Shown in pieces: positions 9,666 to 19,875 of a DNA stretch of 64,000 bases. The stretch lies in the NCBI GenBank assembly GCA_051532035.1, contig JAOPTW010000006.1:96001-160000 (forward strand), given 5' to 3'. The notes under the pieces are model-generated. The model was not told where the DNA came from, made no database searches, and saw only the letters and a program-made list of their open reading frames with translations. This stretch comes from Fibrobacterales bacterium (GTDB lineage Bacteria; Fibrobacterota; Fibrobacteria; Fibrobacterales; JAOPTW01). Each line of letters begins with the position of its first letter. Position 1 is the stretch's first letter. A program made the translations under genes and the position numbers.

Positions 9666-10145
9666 TTATTCTACGACGGTGTAGCCCAATTTTTCAATTG
9701 AGACATAGTCATCACCTTTCTCTTGGTCAATAGAGACCTCAATAGCTCCCGTTTTTGCAGTTGGAACAGCAAACCAGGTTCTATACCGTAAACTGCCGTT
9801 CATTTTTGATTCACGGTTTTTGAGCGCACGACCCTTACGTATAAACTGTGTTGAAAGGATGACCTTTGCATCTTTTGGCACCATGGCATTAAGCCATAGG
9901 TAAACTTTTTCACCTTTTTTAACTGATTTTGAGTCTACTTCAACAGCACAATCATTTTTATGATCACCCTCTTTTACCACCTCTTTACAGAACTTGTATT
10001 CAACAATTACCGCTTCATTTCCTGTATAGTAGTAATCCATAACTTTCGAAACTTCTTGGCCCGTTGGCTTTGCCGCCATAAGGGCAACCACGCCACACAA
10101 AACTATTCCCAATACTTTTTCATTAGATATCCTCAGTTTTCTCAT
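9666..10145 (-). CDS. Exported protein, possibly DUF2914-like; start ambiguous, possible frameshift near the start
   Basis: Hydrophobic signal segment VLGIVLCGVVALMA; YRTW motif; the best-RBS ATG (10123) is out of frame by one base. Confidence 0.65.
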   Translation of the reverse strand: MRKLRISNEKVLGIVLCGVVALMAAKPTGQEVSKVMDYYYTGNEAVIVEYKFCKEVVKEGDHKNDCAVEVDSKSVKKGEKVYLWLNAMVPKDAKVILSTQFIRKGRALKNRESKMNGSLRYRTWFAVPTAKTGAIEVSIDQEKGDDYVSIEKLGYTVVE

Positions 10146-10276
10146 TAATAGTGGTTGAAACATACAAAAATACAAAAATACCGCCCCTTTTTTCATTCTG
10201 TAGAATGATTCCATTTAAGAAGCCCCAAGAGCATATATCCCTTTTTTATCCCATTTGATTAATTATATTGCACCAC

Positions 10277-11122
10277 ATGCACACCCAAAAATCAAAAACA
10301 CTCACACATAGATTACTCAAGGTATCTTTCTCTATGATACTTTTGTTTTTGGTTGCACCTTCTCCGGCCTCATCAGAAGATGATAGCACCGGATTTGAAA
10401 TGGTTTACCCAACCACCATTCGCATTACTACCCATGAATACTCCCCCCACCATTCTCAGGACCTCCCCTTTGGAGGCGTTGCACTTCGGATAATTAAAGC
10501 GGCTTTTGCAACGGTTAATATTTCTGTTGAAATTGGTTTTTTCCCAAAAAACCGAAGTGACTACCTGGCATCATCAGGAAGATGGGATGCAACACTCCCT
10601 TTTTCACATACTTCAAAAGATGAAGAAACCTATCTCATTAGTGACACCATCTATCACTCAGCTACAGTCCTCTTTTCGAGAAACCGACCAATCACTCAAT
10701 GGAGCTCCTTTAAGAATTTTCGGTCACTACAACTGGGTGCGACTCATGGTCGCCAATACTCCAGAGATTTTCAGAGCGCCATTGATGCAGGGCTCCTTCA
10801 CGTAGACTTCTCTATCTCTGACAAGCACAACTTCACTAAGCTCGTTCAAGGAGATATTGACCTCTTCCCTTGTGATATTGACGCAGGGTACGCTATTATA
10901 CAGCGCTTCTTCGCATCATTTACGAACCCTTCTTTTACCCACGCACCCAAAATTGTAACAACACACCCTCATTTTTTGCTGATCTCAACTGAGACGCCCC
11001 ATGCCGAATATTTCCTTCGCGCATTTAACACAGGACTCAAACGCCTCGCAATGGTTGGTCGACTCGATAGCTACCTCAAAGAACTCAGAAGTACCCGCAT
11101 TTTATTACAAAACCAAAAATAG
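10277..11122 (+). CDS. Periplasmic substrate-binding protein (family 3, amino-acid-binding-like)
   Basis: Signal peptide; EYSP, G.A..II..AF, G.WDA, LGAT.G..Y, L..G.IDLF, FN.GL motifs. Confidence 0.8.
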   Translation: MHTQKSKTLTHRLLKVSFSMILLFLVAPSPASSEDDSTGFEMVYPTTIRITTHEYSPHHSQDLPFGGVALRIIKAAFATVNISVEIGFFPKNRSDYLASSGRWDATLPFSHTSKDEETYLISDTIYHSATVLFSRNRPITQWSSFKNFRSLQLGATHGRQYSRDFQSAIDAGLLHVDFSISDKHNFTKLVQGDIDLFPCDIDAGYAIIQRFFASFTNPSFTHAPKIVTTHPHFLLISTETPHAEYFLRAFNTGLKRLAMVGRLDSYLKELRSTRILLQNQK

Positions 11123-11190
11123 TTCACTAAAACAAGCTTCACCTCACCCATCTTTTAGGTGTCAATCACTTTTTTACTACCTTTATTCCT

Positions 11191-12375
11191 ATGGAACAAA
11201 TCATTGATCAATTTTCTCACGAACTCTCAACAGCTCTTTTAGAAAAAAGATTTGTTAAAATAAGTTTTGGAAAGCCGACACAAAAAGATGGCGAATATAA
11301 AAAAGTAACCGGTCGGCTAATCCAAGCAAAAGAGACCACGCTATTGAGCCTCGCTTTTGAGACCGCTACTCAAACATTTACCAAAAATTTTGATTGCGCA
11401 CTCCAACATGAAACTGCTCTTTTAGAACTGACCACCCTCTGTGGAGCGCAATTTAAGAACATTAACCTCTTCACGACTTCTGGCGACTTTTTACTCATGT
11501 ATAGCAAAAAGCTTATTCCACGCATGCAGAAAAAACCAGCGACCTTCAAGACTCCTCGCGTTGAATTTCACAACAGAGAGAAACGACGATATCTCGAGCT
11601 CAAAAATAATGTTTATTTACGGGAACTCGGTATCACTACTCAAACGGGACAGATTGCACCCAGCAGACAAAACAAATTTAAACAGATTGATAAATTTGTT
11701 GAAGTCATTGATACGCTTATCCAAACCAGCGCATTAAAAGAGTCCAGCACCCCTATTGCTATTGCCGACATGGGCTCTGGCAAAGGATATCTCACTTTCG
11801 CACTCTATGACTACATTGCAAATACCCTTAAACTCCCTGTGACCTCTACAGGTATCGAATACCGCCAAGACCTCGTTGACACCTGCAACACCATAGCACT
11901 ATCAGCCGACTTTCAATCCCTCACTTTTGTGCCAGGCACCATTGAATCCAACCCCCTTAAGGAGATAGACCTCCTTATTGCACTCCATGCTTGTGACACT
12001 GCAACTGATGACGCCATTAAACAAGGCATTGATGCAAATGCTACTATTATTGTTACGGCCCCCTGCTGCCACAAACAGATACGTAAAGCGATGCAAGTTG
12101 AAGGCCCTCTTGCGGAAATTACCAAACACGGCATCTTAAAAGAACGGCAAGCAGAAATGATCACCGACACCATACGTGCACTCCTTCTTGAAGTACATGG
12201 TTATAAAACAAAAGTCTTTGAATTTATCGCGGATGCACACACCCATAAAAATGTGATGATTACCGCAGTCAAAAGAAGTGGCACTCCAAACCCTGAACCG
12301 CTTCTCAAAAAAATTGCAGACCTTAAAGAGACCTTTGGCATATCAGAGCACTATCTTGAGAGCATACTCTCTTAG
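11191..12375 (+). CDS. Class I SAM-dependent methyltransferase (Methyltransf_32-like)
   Basis: KFKQI, DMGSGKGYLTF, ALHACDTATD, APCCH, T.KN. Confidence 0.88.
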   Translation: MEQIIDQFSHELSTALLEKRFVKISFGKPTQKDGEYKKVTGRLIQAKETTLLSLAFETATQTFTKNFDCALQHETALLELTTLCGAQFKNINLFTTSGDFLLMYSKKLIPRMQKKPATFKTPRVEFHNREKRRYLELKNNVYLRELGITTQTGQIAPSRQNKFKQIDKFVEVIDTLIQTSALKESSTPIAIADMGSGKGYLTFALYDYIANTLKLPVTSTGIEYRQDLVDTCNTIALSADFQSLTFVPGTIESNPLKEIDLLIALHACDTATDDAIKQGIDANATIIVTAPCCHKQIRKAMQVEGPLAEITKHGILKERQAEMITDTIRALLLEVHGYKTKVFEFIADAHTHKNVMITAVKRSGTPNPEPLLKKIADLKETFGISEHYLESILS

Positions 12376-12460
12376 TTAAAACACAATCAGACTCCCCCAC
12401 CCCAATACACTGCATACAGGAGAGTTCAAGTCAATTGCATTACCGATCGAATACATCGAT

Positions 12461-14245
12461 TCACTCTTTCGTTTTTTCATTCCATTTATAAAACTGTGCA
12501 CCCACTGGTTTTCCAAGGGTAGACTCACTCTCTCCATTTAAGTGATATTGAATACCTCCTGAACGCGCTGAAAAATTCACTAAGTGATCGACTTTTATGG
12601 AATCACCTTTGGGCGCTTCAACACTATTTTTCAATACAATAGAGTTGTAAAAAAAGCTATAAATACCCAGTCCTATTGCAAAGTGATTTTTCACATCATC
12701 ATCAACTTTATAAGACGCATATCCTTCTCCTATTGGACTCATCCACTGATTTTGAATTGGCGGGTCATAAGGGATCTCTGATTGATAAAAGTAGACTGCA
12801 CCATATTCACCCTTCCATAGGGTTTGATACTTTTGAAAATGCTCATTAAAGAGCCCATACACCGTTACATGATCACCCGTAACCACTAAACCATTATCTG
12901 ATGTATTCACCGCCCATTCAGCTCCTGCACCATGGTCAGCCCTCCAAAGCCAGAGGTGATCAGCGATAACATCATTACTATGGATTTCAAGACACCGTTT
13001 TGCTTTGCCGGCTACCGCACCACCAACTCTACAAAAAAGGTCACTTATCGAAGTGGGGTTCTCACTATGACGAAGTGAGTCTCCCTCACTCCCAAACTTA
13101 AAAAGAACATCTGACTCCTGAAGACCTGCATCGGCAACAATACCAGCGACAACAACACCTGGCACATCATCAACCATTAGGGCTGCACTGCCTTTTTGAG
13201 GAATAAGGGTTGGCATCCCAAGCCCGAGTATCACCGTATTTGCCCGTTCTACATTGAGAGCACTCTCAAGACTATATATCCCTGGAGTGAGCAAGAGGTG
13301 TTTCCCTTGCTTAAGTGCACTATTGATCGTTTCAGCGTTATCCCGTTCAGGTTGCGCTACATAAAAAGAATCAATGGGAATTAAGCTCCCGCTCTCTGTA
13401 CCACTTTGCCAGCTCACCCCTATCGATTCTTGTCGAACACTCGGTACAAACACCCCGTACGAACCGTCATCTTGAATGGTAAGAAAGGGCTTTTCTCGCA
13501 CTCGAGGGGTTTTTTCGACAACCGAGTAAGGTCGTTCACCCCACCGCTCGGTCGGTGCGCCAGACACACCAACAAAAGTCATATTCCAATTACCTCCACG
13601 CCACCGCTGAATGGAATTGTTACGCATAAACCACTGTTGCTGTGAGTTTGCATAGGCCTCACCCGTTATAAGACAATTAGCCACATAGCCACCTGAACCC
13701 CATCCATCAAGATCGTACTTCATTGAGCCTTCAATATGCATCCGCCTAAAGGGGGCTGCCTGTGAAACGGCCCACACGTTATCACCCCGCGTAATGACTT
13801 TCATATTTTCTGCAGAGCGCCAAAACATTAAGGTCACGTTCATCCCATTACCCGCAGGGCCCGTGTGAGTGAGTGATTGTACCGCACCATTTATGGTGAC
13901 GTCACCGGGAAGAAGACCGAGGCCTGCAACATGTGTATAGTAATCAACATTGATGCGGAGCTTATAGTTCCCTGGCTCAAAGAGAAGCGCATATCGATCC
14001 TCCGAGAATTCAGCATGCTTCTGACGATCACTTACCTCATTAACCTTTTTTTGAATCTCTTTCATGTTCATGGAATCATTAAAAATAAAGACCCGGCTTC
14101 CAAAGAGCGCATTAAAAGTATCATCGGTATGTTCAATGTTTTTTGACACTCCACTATCCTTCTGTACCAATGTACAACTACTACTCAACAGTGTCCCTAT
14201 TCCTATACAGAGTAGTCCACATAATACCCTCATGTTACTCTTCAT
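12461..14245 (-). CDS. Bacterial-type GH55 beta-1,3-glucanase, probable lipoprotein
   Basis: FWRSAEN, WAVSQAAPFRRMH, SGG, SQQQW, WLWRADHG, GLFNEHF and YQSEIPY (catalytic Glu) match the Streptomyces Lam55A pattern; lipobox-like SSSC. Confidence 0.9.
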   Translation of the reverse strand: MKSNMRVLCGLLCIGIGTLLSSSCTLVQKDSGVSKNIEHTDDTFNALFGSRVFIFNDSMNMKEIQKKVNEVSDRQKHAEFSEDRYALLFEPGNYKLRINVDYYTHVAGLGLLPGDVTINGAVQSLTHTGPAGNGMNVTLMFWRSAENMKVITRGDNVWAVSQAAPFRRMHIEGSMKYDLDGWGSGGYVANCLITGEAYANSQQQWFMRNNSIQRWRGGNWNMTFVGVSGAPTERWGERPYSVVEKTPRVREKPFLTIQDDGSYGVFVPSVRQESIGVSWQSGTESGSLIPIDSFYVAQPERDNAETINSALKQGKHLLLTPGIYSLESALNVERANTVILGLGMPTLIPQKGSAALMVDDVPGVVVAGIVADAGLQESDVLFKFGSEGDSLRHSENPTSISDLFCRVGGAVAGKAKRCLEIHSNDVIADHLWLWRADHGAGAEWAVNTSDNGLVVTGDHVTVYGLFNEHFQKYQTLWKGEYGAVYFYQSEIPYDPPIQNQWMSPIGEGYASYKVDDDVKNHFAIGLGIYSFFYNSIVLKNSVEAPKGDSIKVDHLVNFSARSGGIQYHLNGESESTLGKPVGAQFYKWNEKTKE

Positions 14246-14302
14246 ATCTGCCCCCGACCATTACTTAATGTAAATAATACATATAATGTGGTTCATGACG
14301 AA

Positions 14303-14330
14303 CAAAAGGTCTCTTCAGAGAGACCTTTTG
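14303..14330. terminator. Perfect hairpin between the two GH55 genes (terminator or stability element)
   Basis: CAAAAGGTCTCT-TCAG-AGAGACCTTTTG. Confidence 0.7.
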
Positions 14331-14358
14331 CTACTAACTGTTCTAATAGTGTTGTTGA

Positions 14359-16359
14359 TTATGGGCCAAAGTACCCATCAAAATGACGCATATCATTATT
14401 ATTAGTTGGGCCACCTTGATTGTTAACCACATTTTCCATGCCACCACCTGCATCAGAAAACGTTACCGTAACGATATCTTCAATGTGCATTCCCGAAACT
14501 TCAGGGGTCTCTACTGCGTTGGCCATGCGCACCTCATTGTAGAAGAAACTATACATACCCAACCCATAGGCTTCATGTTCAGTCACCCCATCACCTACTT
14601 TATAGGCTGGATACCCGGGTACGGCCCCATTCATCCAGCTCTCTTGTGATGGCGGGTCATAGGGAATCTCTGATTGATAAAAATATGTTTGGCCTCTATT
14701 ACCATTCCACAAGGTTTGGTACTCCTGAAAATGCTCATTAAACAGACCATATACTGTAACATCATCACCATTAACCACAAGTCCATGGGCACTTTTATTT
14801 TCTTCCCACCCCCAGTTTGACCCTCTATTATTATCATCCCAATTCACGCCTGCTCCATGATCTGCACGCCACAGCCAAAAGTGGTCACCAATTACATTAT
14901 TACTATTAATAGTAATACAACGCTCAGCCCTACCAGAGAACTGCCCCCCAATTCTACAGAAATAATCACTCACTAATATTGGATTATCAGAGTGATCCTT
15001 ATTACTCCCCGGCTCACCAATCTGTAGTAGTGTTTCTGAACTTGTTGGACCCGCATCAATTACCAGCCCTGCAAGAACAATACCAGACTCATCTGCCGCA
15101 GTGAGTGCGGCCCCTCCATGCTGAGGCACCAAAGTAGGAAGCCCAAGCCCCAAAACGACTGTTTTGGGGTGTTTCACCGCTATTGCATCAGTAAGATTAT
15201 AGACCCCTGGTGTCAAAATCAGATGTTTCCCCTTTGCAAGTTCGGCATTAATATCGGTAACGGCATCACCTGGAGAAGCAATATAAAACGCACTTATCGG
15301 AATATGCTCACCACTGAGTTCACCGTCTCTCCAGTGAGTCCCCGAAACATTATAGCTCACATCAGGGACATATACAGAATAGTTACCAATATCATCAATA
15401 TACAATGTGGGTTTTTCTCGCATTATCGGCGCTTCATCAATTGCTGTTTCTGAGAGGGCACTCGTCCATCCCTCGCGCGCTCCAGGAACACCAACCCACA
15501 CCACATTCCAATTCACTCCGCTCCAACCACCTACTTCGGTGTTACGGGTAAACCACTGTTGTTGATTAAAGGCCGTTACTGTGCCCTCAATAACACTATT
15601 TGCTAAGAACCCGCCACTCGCATATCCACTACCCATATCTATTAAGAGATCACCTTTTACATGCATTCTTCGATACGGTGCCGCTTGAGAAACAGCCCAC
15701 ACAACCTCTTTTTCCGGGTGTACTTCAAAGTTTTCGGCCATTCGCCAAAACTGGGTAGTAATGTTACCACTCGATTCTGTAGTAACAGACTGCACAGATC
15801 CTTCAATTTTTACAGCACTGGGAAGCAGACCAAGCCCTGCTGCATGCATATAGTACCCAACATCAATGGTAAGTTGATAGGTTCCAGGCTTGAAGAGCAA
15901 CGCAAACCTATTTGCACTAAACTCATCATTTGCCTGACCTGCATGTATTGATTGTATTTCATTTGAGATGGCTTGCATATCCATTTCGGGAGAGTAAATT
16001 TTTACATTCGGTCCAAAATCTACTGCATAGTATTCTGTGTGAGAACTGTAACTATCCTCCGTCGCATCAATAAAGGATGAACTCTCTATTTCGGAAAAAG
16101 AACTTTCATTTTTTGTGGAAGACTGACCGATTGTTGCACTTGATTCTGAGCTGGAAACTATTTCATCACTAGAGGAATTACTCTCTTGTTCACTAGAACT
16201 CTCTTCACTCAATTCTTCAGATGATATACCTTCACTACTGAACTCATAATCAGCACTTCCTGAAGAAAATACATCATCAGTATCTGTTTGTCGATCCTCT
16301 TTAGAACAGGCAAAAAACAGAAAAACAATAGAAATAAAAATAGCGAACCGTTGTACCAC
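14359..16359 (-). CDS. Bacterial-type GH55 beta-1,3-glucanase lipoprotein with Ser-rich linker
   Basis: GTG start with GAGGGG RBS; lipobox FFAC; FGPNV, WAVSQAAPYRRMH, QQQW, WLWRADHG, GLFNEHF, YQSEIPY. Confidence 0.9.
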   Translation of the reverse strand: MVQRFAIFISIVFLFFACSKEDRQTDTDDVFSSGSADYEFSSEGISSEELSEESSSEQESNSSSDEIVSSSESSATIGQSSTKNESSFSEIESSSFIDATEDSYSSHTEYYAVDFGPNVKIYSPEMDMQAISNEIQSIHAGQANDEFSANRFALLFKPGTYQLTIDVGYYMHAAGLGLLPSAVKIEGSVQSVTTESSGNITTQFWRMAENFEVHPEKEVVWAVSQAAPYRRMHVKGDLLIDMGSGYASGGFLANSVIEGTVTAFNQQQWFTRNTEVGGWSGVNWNVVWVGVPGAREGWTSALSETAIDEAPIMREKPTLYIDDIGNYSVYVPDVSYNVSGTHWRDGELSGEHIPISAFYIASPGDAVTDINAELAKGKHLILTPGVYNLTDAIAVKHPKTVVLGLGLPTLVPQHGGAALTAADESGIVLAGLVIDAGPTSSETLLQIGEPGSNKDHSDNPILVSDYFCRIGGQFSGRAERCITINSNNVIGDHFWLWRADHGAGVNWDDNNRGSNWGWEENKSAHGLVVNGDDVTVYGLFNEHFQEYQTLWNGNRGQTYFYQSEIPYDPPSQESWMNGAVPGYPAYKVGDGVTEHEAYGLGMYSFFYNEVRMANAVETPEVSGMHIEDIVTVTFSDAGGGMENVVNNQGGPTNNNDMRHFDGYFGP

Positions 16360-16523
16360 AGATACCCCCTCATAAGCACCGCAGAGCTTATGTAATTCTT
16401 ACATTAATATATATTAAAAAAGAAAGGGAAGGCAGATGGGGATTGACTGAAACTGAATCTCCCCTCACTTCCCCAACAACCTGTACAATTTAGTTATAGA
16501 GCAAAAATGTATTTTGTAAAGCA

Positions 16524-18095
16524 CTACCAAGCAGTCTGCTCAAAATCATATGCTTTTGGGCAGAAAATTATTTCAAATTTCGTAGAAGGGTGACAAGTAT
16601 AAAGTGAGCCCGCATCATCATAGGCAAACGTATAAATTTTAGGCGCCATTTCATGTGACACATCCACATATTGAGTCTTCCAAATGCTAAACTGGTGATC
16701 TCTCTCATTACATTGTTCTGAGCTTACACCAGCAATCAGGTTATTACCATCCATATGAGTAGGACAACATGAACGCAAGGCAATGGGATCATCCCATTCA
16801 TCTAATCCATCCTCAAAGGTGAGATATTTACATGGAGAATAACATCCAATCCTTTCACCATCACTGTTTCGATAACTCAAGTCAAAATCCCGATACCCAT
16901 CTTGATCGAGACTCTCATGTTCCGGACATTTATCAACATCGAGACGCGACCCATTAACTACCACACATTTACTCCATTCATCTACTTTATCACCTTTAGG
17001 AATAACTACATAAGGCAAAGTATAGCCATCAACATTACTGGCATTATAATACATCTCAACTGACTCATTATCAACAGCCTCCCATGTAATCTCGAATTTC
17101 GATTCAATAGGAGGCGTACAAGCATCACCTAATGCTCCACCACACGTAGATGAACCGCCTATTTCACAATTTCTGCCAGTATCGTCACACCCTTGCTTTG
17201 GCCAATAGCGCGTCCCATTGATCTGACGATCCTCTGGAATATTATAATCATAGGAAGTTCCAGCTTCCAAAAACTTATTGAGATCAACTCCCCTGCTTTC
17301 AAGAAGTGCAATATGATCGGGCTGAGCCCCCATCTCTATCCAGAGATCTTCATCACAGTTATTGGTAATCCGTAACCGATTAGGTTGATCAACCACAACA
17401 TCCCAGGGTACCTCAGTTTTAGAACGTTGATACGCTGTTGTATACTCAAACCAGGTGGATACATCATCATGAACTGCTCCGACAGGAAGTACACTGCCTC
17501 CAATTTCAATCCAAACACGCACTTCTTCTTCACCCATAAAATAGTTCTTAGACACGTGATCAAGTTTAACAGTCCACTCTGCACCTGATTGCACAGGCGG
17601 GTTCAAGTCAAACCGATGCACAACAAAGTCTGACGCATCGTTAAGCCGAGTCTTATAGCGCACTAACACGTTACTCTCTCCTGAAGGAACCGGAAAGGTA
17701 ATCTCTATATTTCCTTTTGCATATTCCCTAAAGGTCACCGTACCATCAACTGCAACTATTTCATCAAAACTGGTATCTTCCCACTCATTGACCGAACTTA
17801 CCGCTTCAATTGAAGATGAAGACAGTACCCCTTGTTCTTCTGAAGAGACCATTACTTTGGCTGATGAAGAGTTATCTCCAACATTTGACGATTGTATTGG
17901 GGTACTACTCTGTCCGGTCGATACTGAACTCACACTTTCTGAATGAGATATCTGTGAACTCATTGGCGCTGTATTTGATGACTCATCAGCTGTAACTTCG
18001 GAACTATCTCCTTCCAACATCTCGACTTCTGGAGTAGTACTACATCCCCAAATAACCATACTTACACCCATCAACAAACTTATCTGAGCTATCAT
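16524..18095 (-). CDS. Thaumatin/PR-5-like (GH152-related) lipoprotein with Ser-rich linker and an unassigned middle domain
   Basis: ATG 18095 after GAGGGG; lipobox IWGC; ITNNC..LW, TRYW..QGC, PP..KFE, SNVDGY.LP, GC.SPC, YTFAYDD..SLYTC, IIFCP. Confidence 0.85.
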   Translation of the reverse strand: MIAQISLLMGVSMVIWGCSTTPEVEMLEGDSSEVTADESSNTAPMSSQISHSESVSSVSTGQSSTPIQSSNVGDNSSSAKVMVSSEEQGVLSSSSIEAVSSVNEWEDTSFDEIVAVDGTVTFREYAKGNIEITFPVPSGESNVLVRYKTRLNDASDFVVHRFDLNPPVQSGAEWTVKLDHVSKNYFMGEEEVRVWIEIGGSVLPVGAVHDDVSTWFEYTTAYQRSKTEVPWDVVVDQPNRLRITNNCDEDLWIEMGAQPDHIALLESRGVDLNKFLEAGTSYDYNIPEDRQINGTRYWPKQGCDDTGRNCEIGGSSTCGGALGDACTPPIESKFEITWEAVDNESVEMYYNASNVDGYTLPYVVIPKGDKVDEWSKCVVVNGSRLDVDKCPEHESLDQDGYRDFDLSYRNSDGERIGCYSPCKYLTFEDGLDEWDDPIALRSCCPTHMDGNNLIAGVSSEQCNERDHQFSIWKTQYVDVSHEMAPKIYTFAYDDAGSLYTCHPSTKFEIIFCPKAYDFEQTAW

Positions 18096-18337
18096 GTTAC
18101 CCCTCAAAAACTGATTAACCATATATGTGTCCCCTAAATATACTTTCAATGATCTGTATCACAAACACCTTTATGTAAAATTAACATAGAGATAGTGTCA
18201 TTATTATCCCCTCAGCATCCTAACAATTCTTACTTCAAGATTCAATATTTACTGTGCAAAGCTGTATTTTGAACCAACCCTAACAATATTCTAACGGCAA
18301 TTTATTACATTCTACCCTCATTAATAGCGAGGACCCT

Positions 18338-18766
18338 ATGTCAAAATCTATCATGGTCATGTGTACCGGAAACTCATTTAGAAGTCATATGGCTGAAGCG
18401 TTTATCCGTTCATTTGCCGGAGACGCAGCAACAGTATACAGTTCAGGAGTAAAAGCGAGTGGCAAAATATACCCTTGGGCAATTACACTTATGGCTGAAG
18501 AGAGTATCGATATATCCAATCAAACCTCGGATCAGATCGACATCTACTTGGACAAAGAATTCGACTATGTTATCACCGTATGTGACAACGCAAAAGAGAC
18601 CTGCCCCGTATTCCCCAAACCGGTTGGACAAGTTATCCACCACAGCTTTAAGGACTATGAGCCACAAGGTGATTTAAGTGATGAAGCGTATATTGAAACA
18701 CTTAGACCAATTCGTGACGCCATAAAATCATGGTGTAAAGAGTTTGTAGCAACAGAACTCTCATAG
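18338..18766 (+). CDS. arsC: Arsenate reductase, thioredoxin-dependent LMW-PTPase fold
   Basis: P-loop CTGNSFRS, ITVCDNAKETCP redox Cys pair; GAGG RBS. Confidence 0.8.
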   Translation: MSKSIMVMCTGNSFRSHMAEAFIRSFAGDAATVYSSGVKASGKIYPWAITLMAEESIDISNQTSDQIDIYLDKEFDYVITVCDNAKETCPVFPKPVGQVIHHSFKDYEPQGDLSDEAYIETLRPIRDAIKSWCKEFVATELS

Positions 18767-18931
18767 ATACTTATTGAGGAATTATAGGGCTGTAGCTCCG
18801 ATTCTATCAGATCAGCAGCCCATACATTACTGTATCATCATATTTAATACATTCTTGTTTAATCAGCCCCCTATTTCCTTGCATTCCCCTATTCGATAGC
18901 TACTTTCGTGAAAAAATAATCGGATCAATGC

Positions 18932-19771
18932 ATGAAACAGTTACTCATAATAGCACTCTGTGCTACAGCACTTTTTGCTCAAGATACCACAAAGGCAGAC
19001 GCCCCCAACCCCCTTCAGAAAAAACTCGTCGCTACTTTTAATGCAAACCAAGACAGTTACTCAAACTGGGTTGAAGGTGGTGAAGACACTTATGGGTGGA
19101 AGTTACTTGTAAATGGTGGCCTTGATTACATACAAAAGAACTGGGAATTTAAAAACACTCTCGAAATAGAGTATGGCCGTACTGCAGTGGGCGACCTCCC
19201 GAGCATAAAATCATCAGATAAACTCTTCATCGAATCACAGTACAACTACACTCTTTTTTCCCATACCGCTGGCTATGCTGCGGGCCAATTGAGCACACAA
19301 TTTACTCCAGGATACACTCACGCAAAACCAAGGAGAGCAAAAGTATCTACTTTTTTTGATCCTGGATACCTCATGGAATCAACAGGCCTCTCATACTCAC
19401 CCGATAAACTCTTCTCTTCCCGCCTTGGGTTTGCTCTGAAACAGACCATTTCATCCAAAGAATTTGGCTGGGCAGATGATGTAGAAACACTGGAGCGCGA
19501 GTCATTTAAAAATGAACCCGGCCTTGAATCAGTCAGTGAACTCAATCTCGGCATCAATGACATCCTCACTTATACTTCCCGCCTTTCACTTTTTAGTAAC
19601 TTTAAAGGGGCGAGCCGTATTGATTCTCACTGGAAAAACAAATGCAGTGCTCAAGTAATGACGTATCTCACTATAGATCTCTCTTTTGAAATGCTCTATG
19701 ATTACGATCTTGATCACGACAATCAGTACAAACAAGGTATGAGCCTCGGACTTACTTACAAACTTTTTTAG
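18932..19771 (+). CDS. DUF3078-like outer-membrane beta-barrel protein
   Basis: Signal peptide; Q..YSNW..GG, K.SD.L, TQF..GY, FFDPGY; C-terminal Phe. Confidence 0.8.
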   Translation: MKQLLIIALCATALFAQDTTKADAPNPLQKKLVATFNANQDSYSNWVEGGEDTYGWKLLVNGGLDYIQKNWEFKNTLEIEYGRTAVGDLPSIKSSDKLFIESQYNYTLFSHTAGYAAGQLSTQFTPGYTHAKPRRAKVSTFFDPGYLMESTGLSYSPDKLFSSRLGFALKQTISSKEFGWADDVETLERESFKNEPGLESVSELNLGINDILTYTSRLSLFSNFKGASRIDSHWKNKCSAQVMTYLTIDLSFEMLYDYDLDHDNQYKQGMSLGLTYKLF

Positions 19772-19793
19772 TCTTCTCTAAACTATATCTATT

Positions 19794-19831
19794 AAAAAAG
19801 CAGAGTACTTAATCAGTACTCTGCTTTTTTT
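19794..19831. terminator. Bidirectional intrinsic terminator
   Basis: AAAAAAGCAGAGTACT-TAATC-AGTACTCTGCTTTTTT between convergent genes. Confidence 0.85.
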
Positions 19832-19875
19832 GTCTCTACTGCGAATACGATTGGGAGGGAATATCCGCTTCGAGA

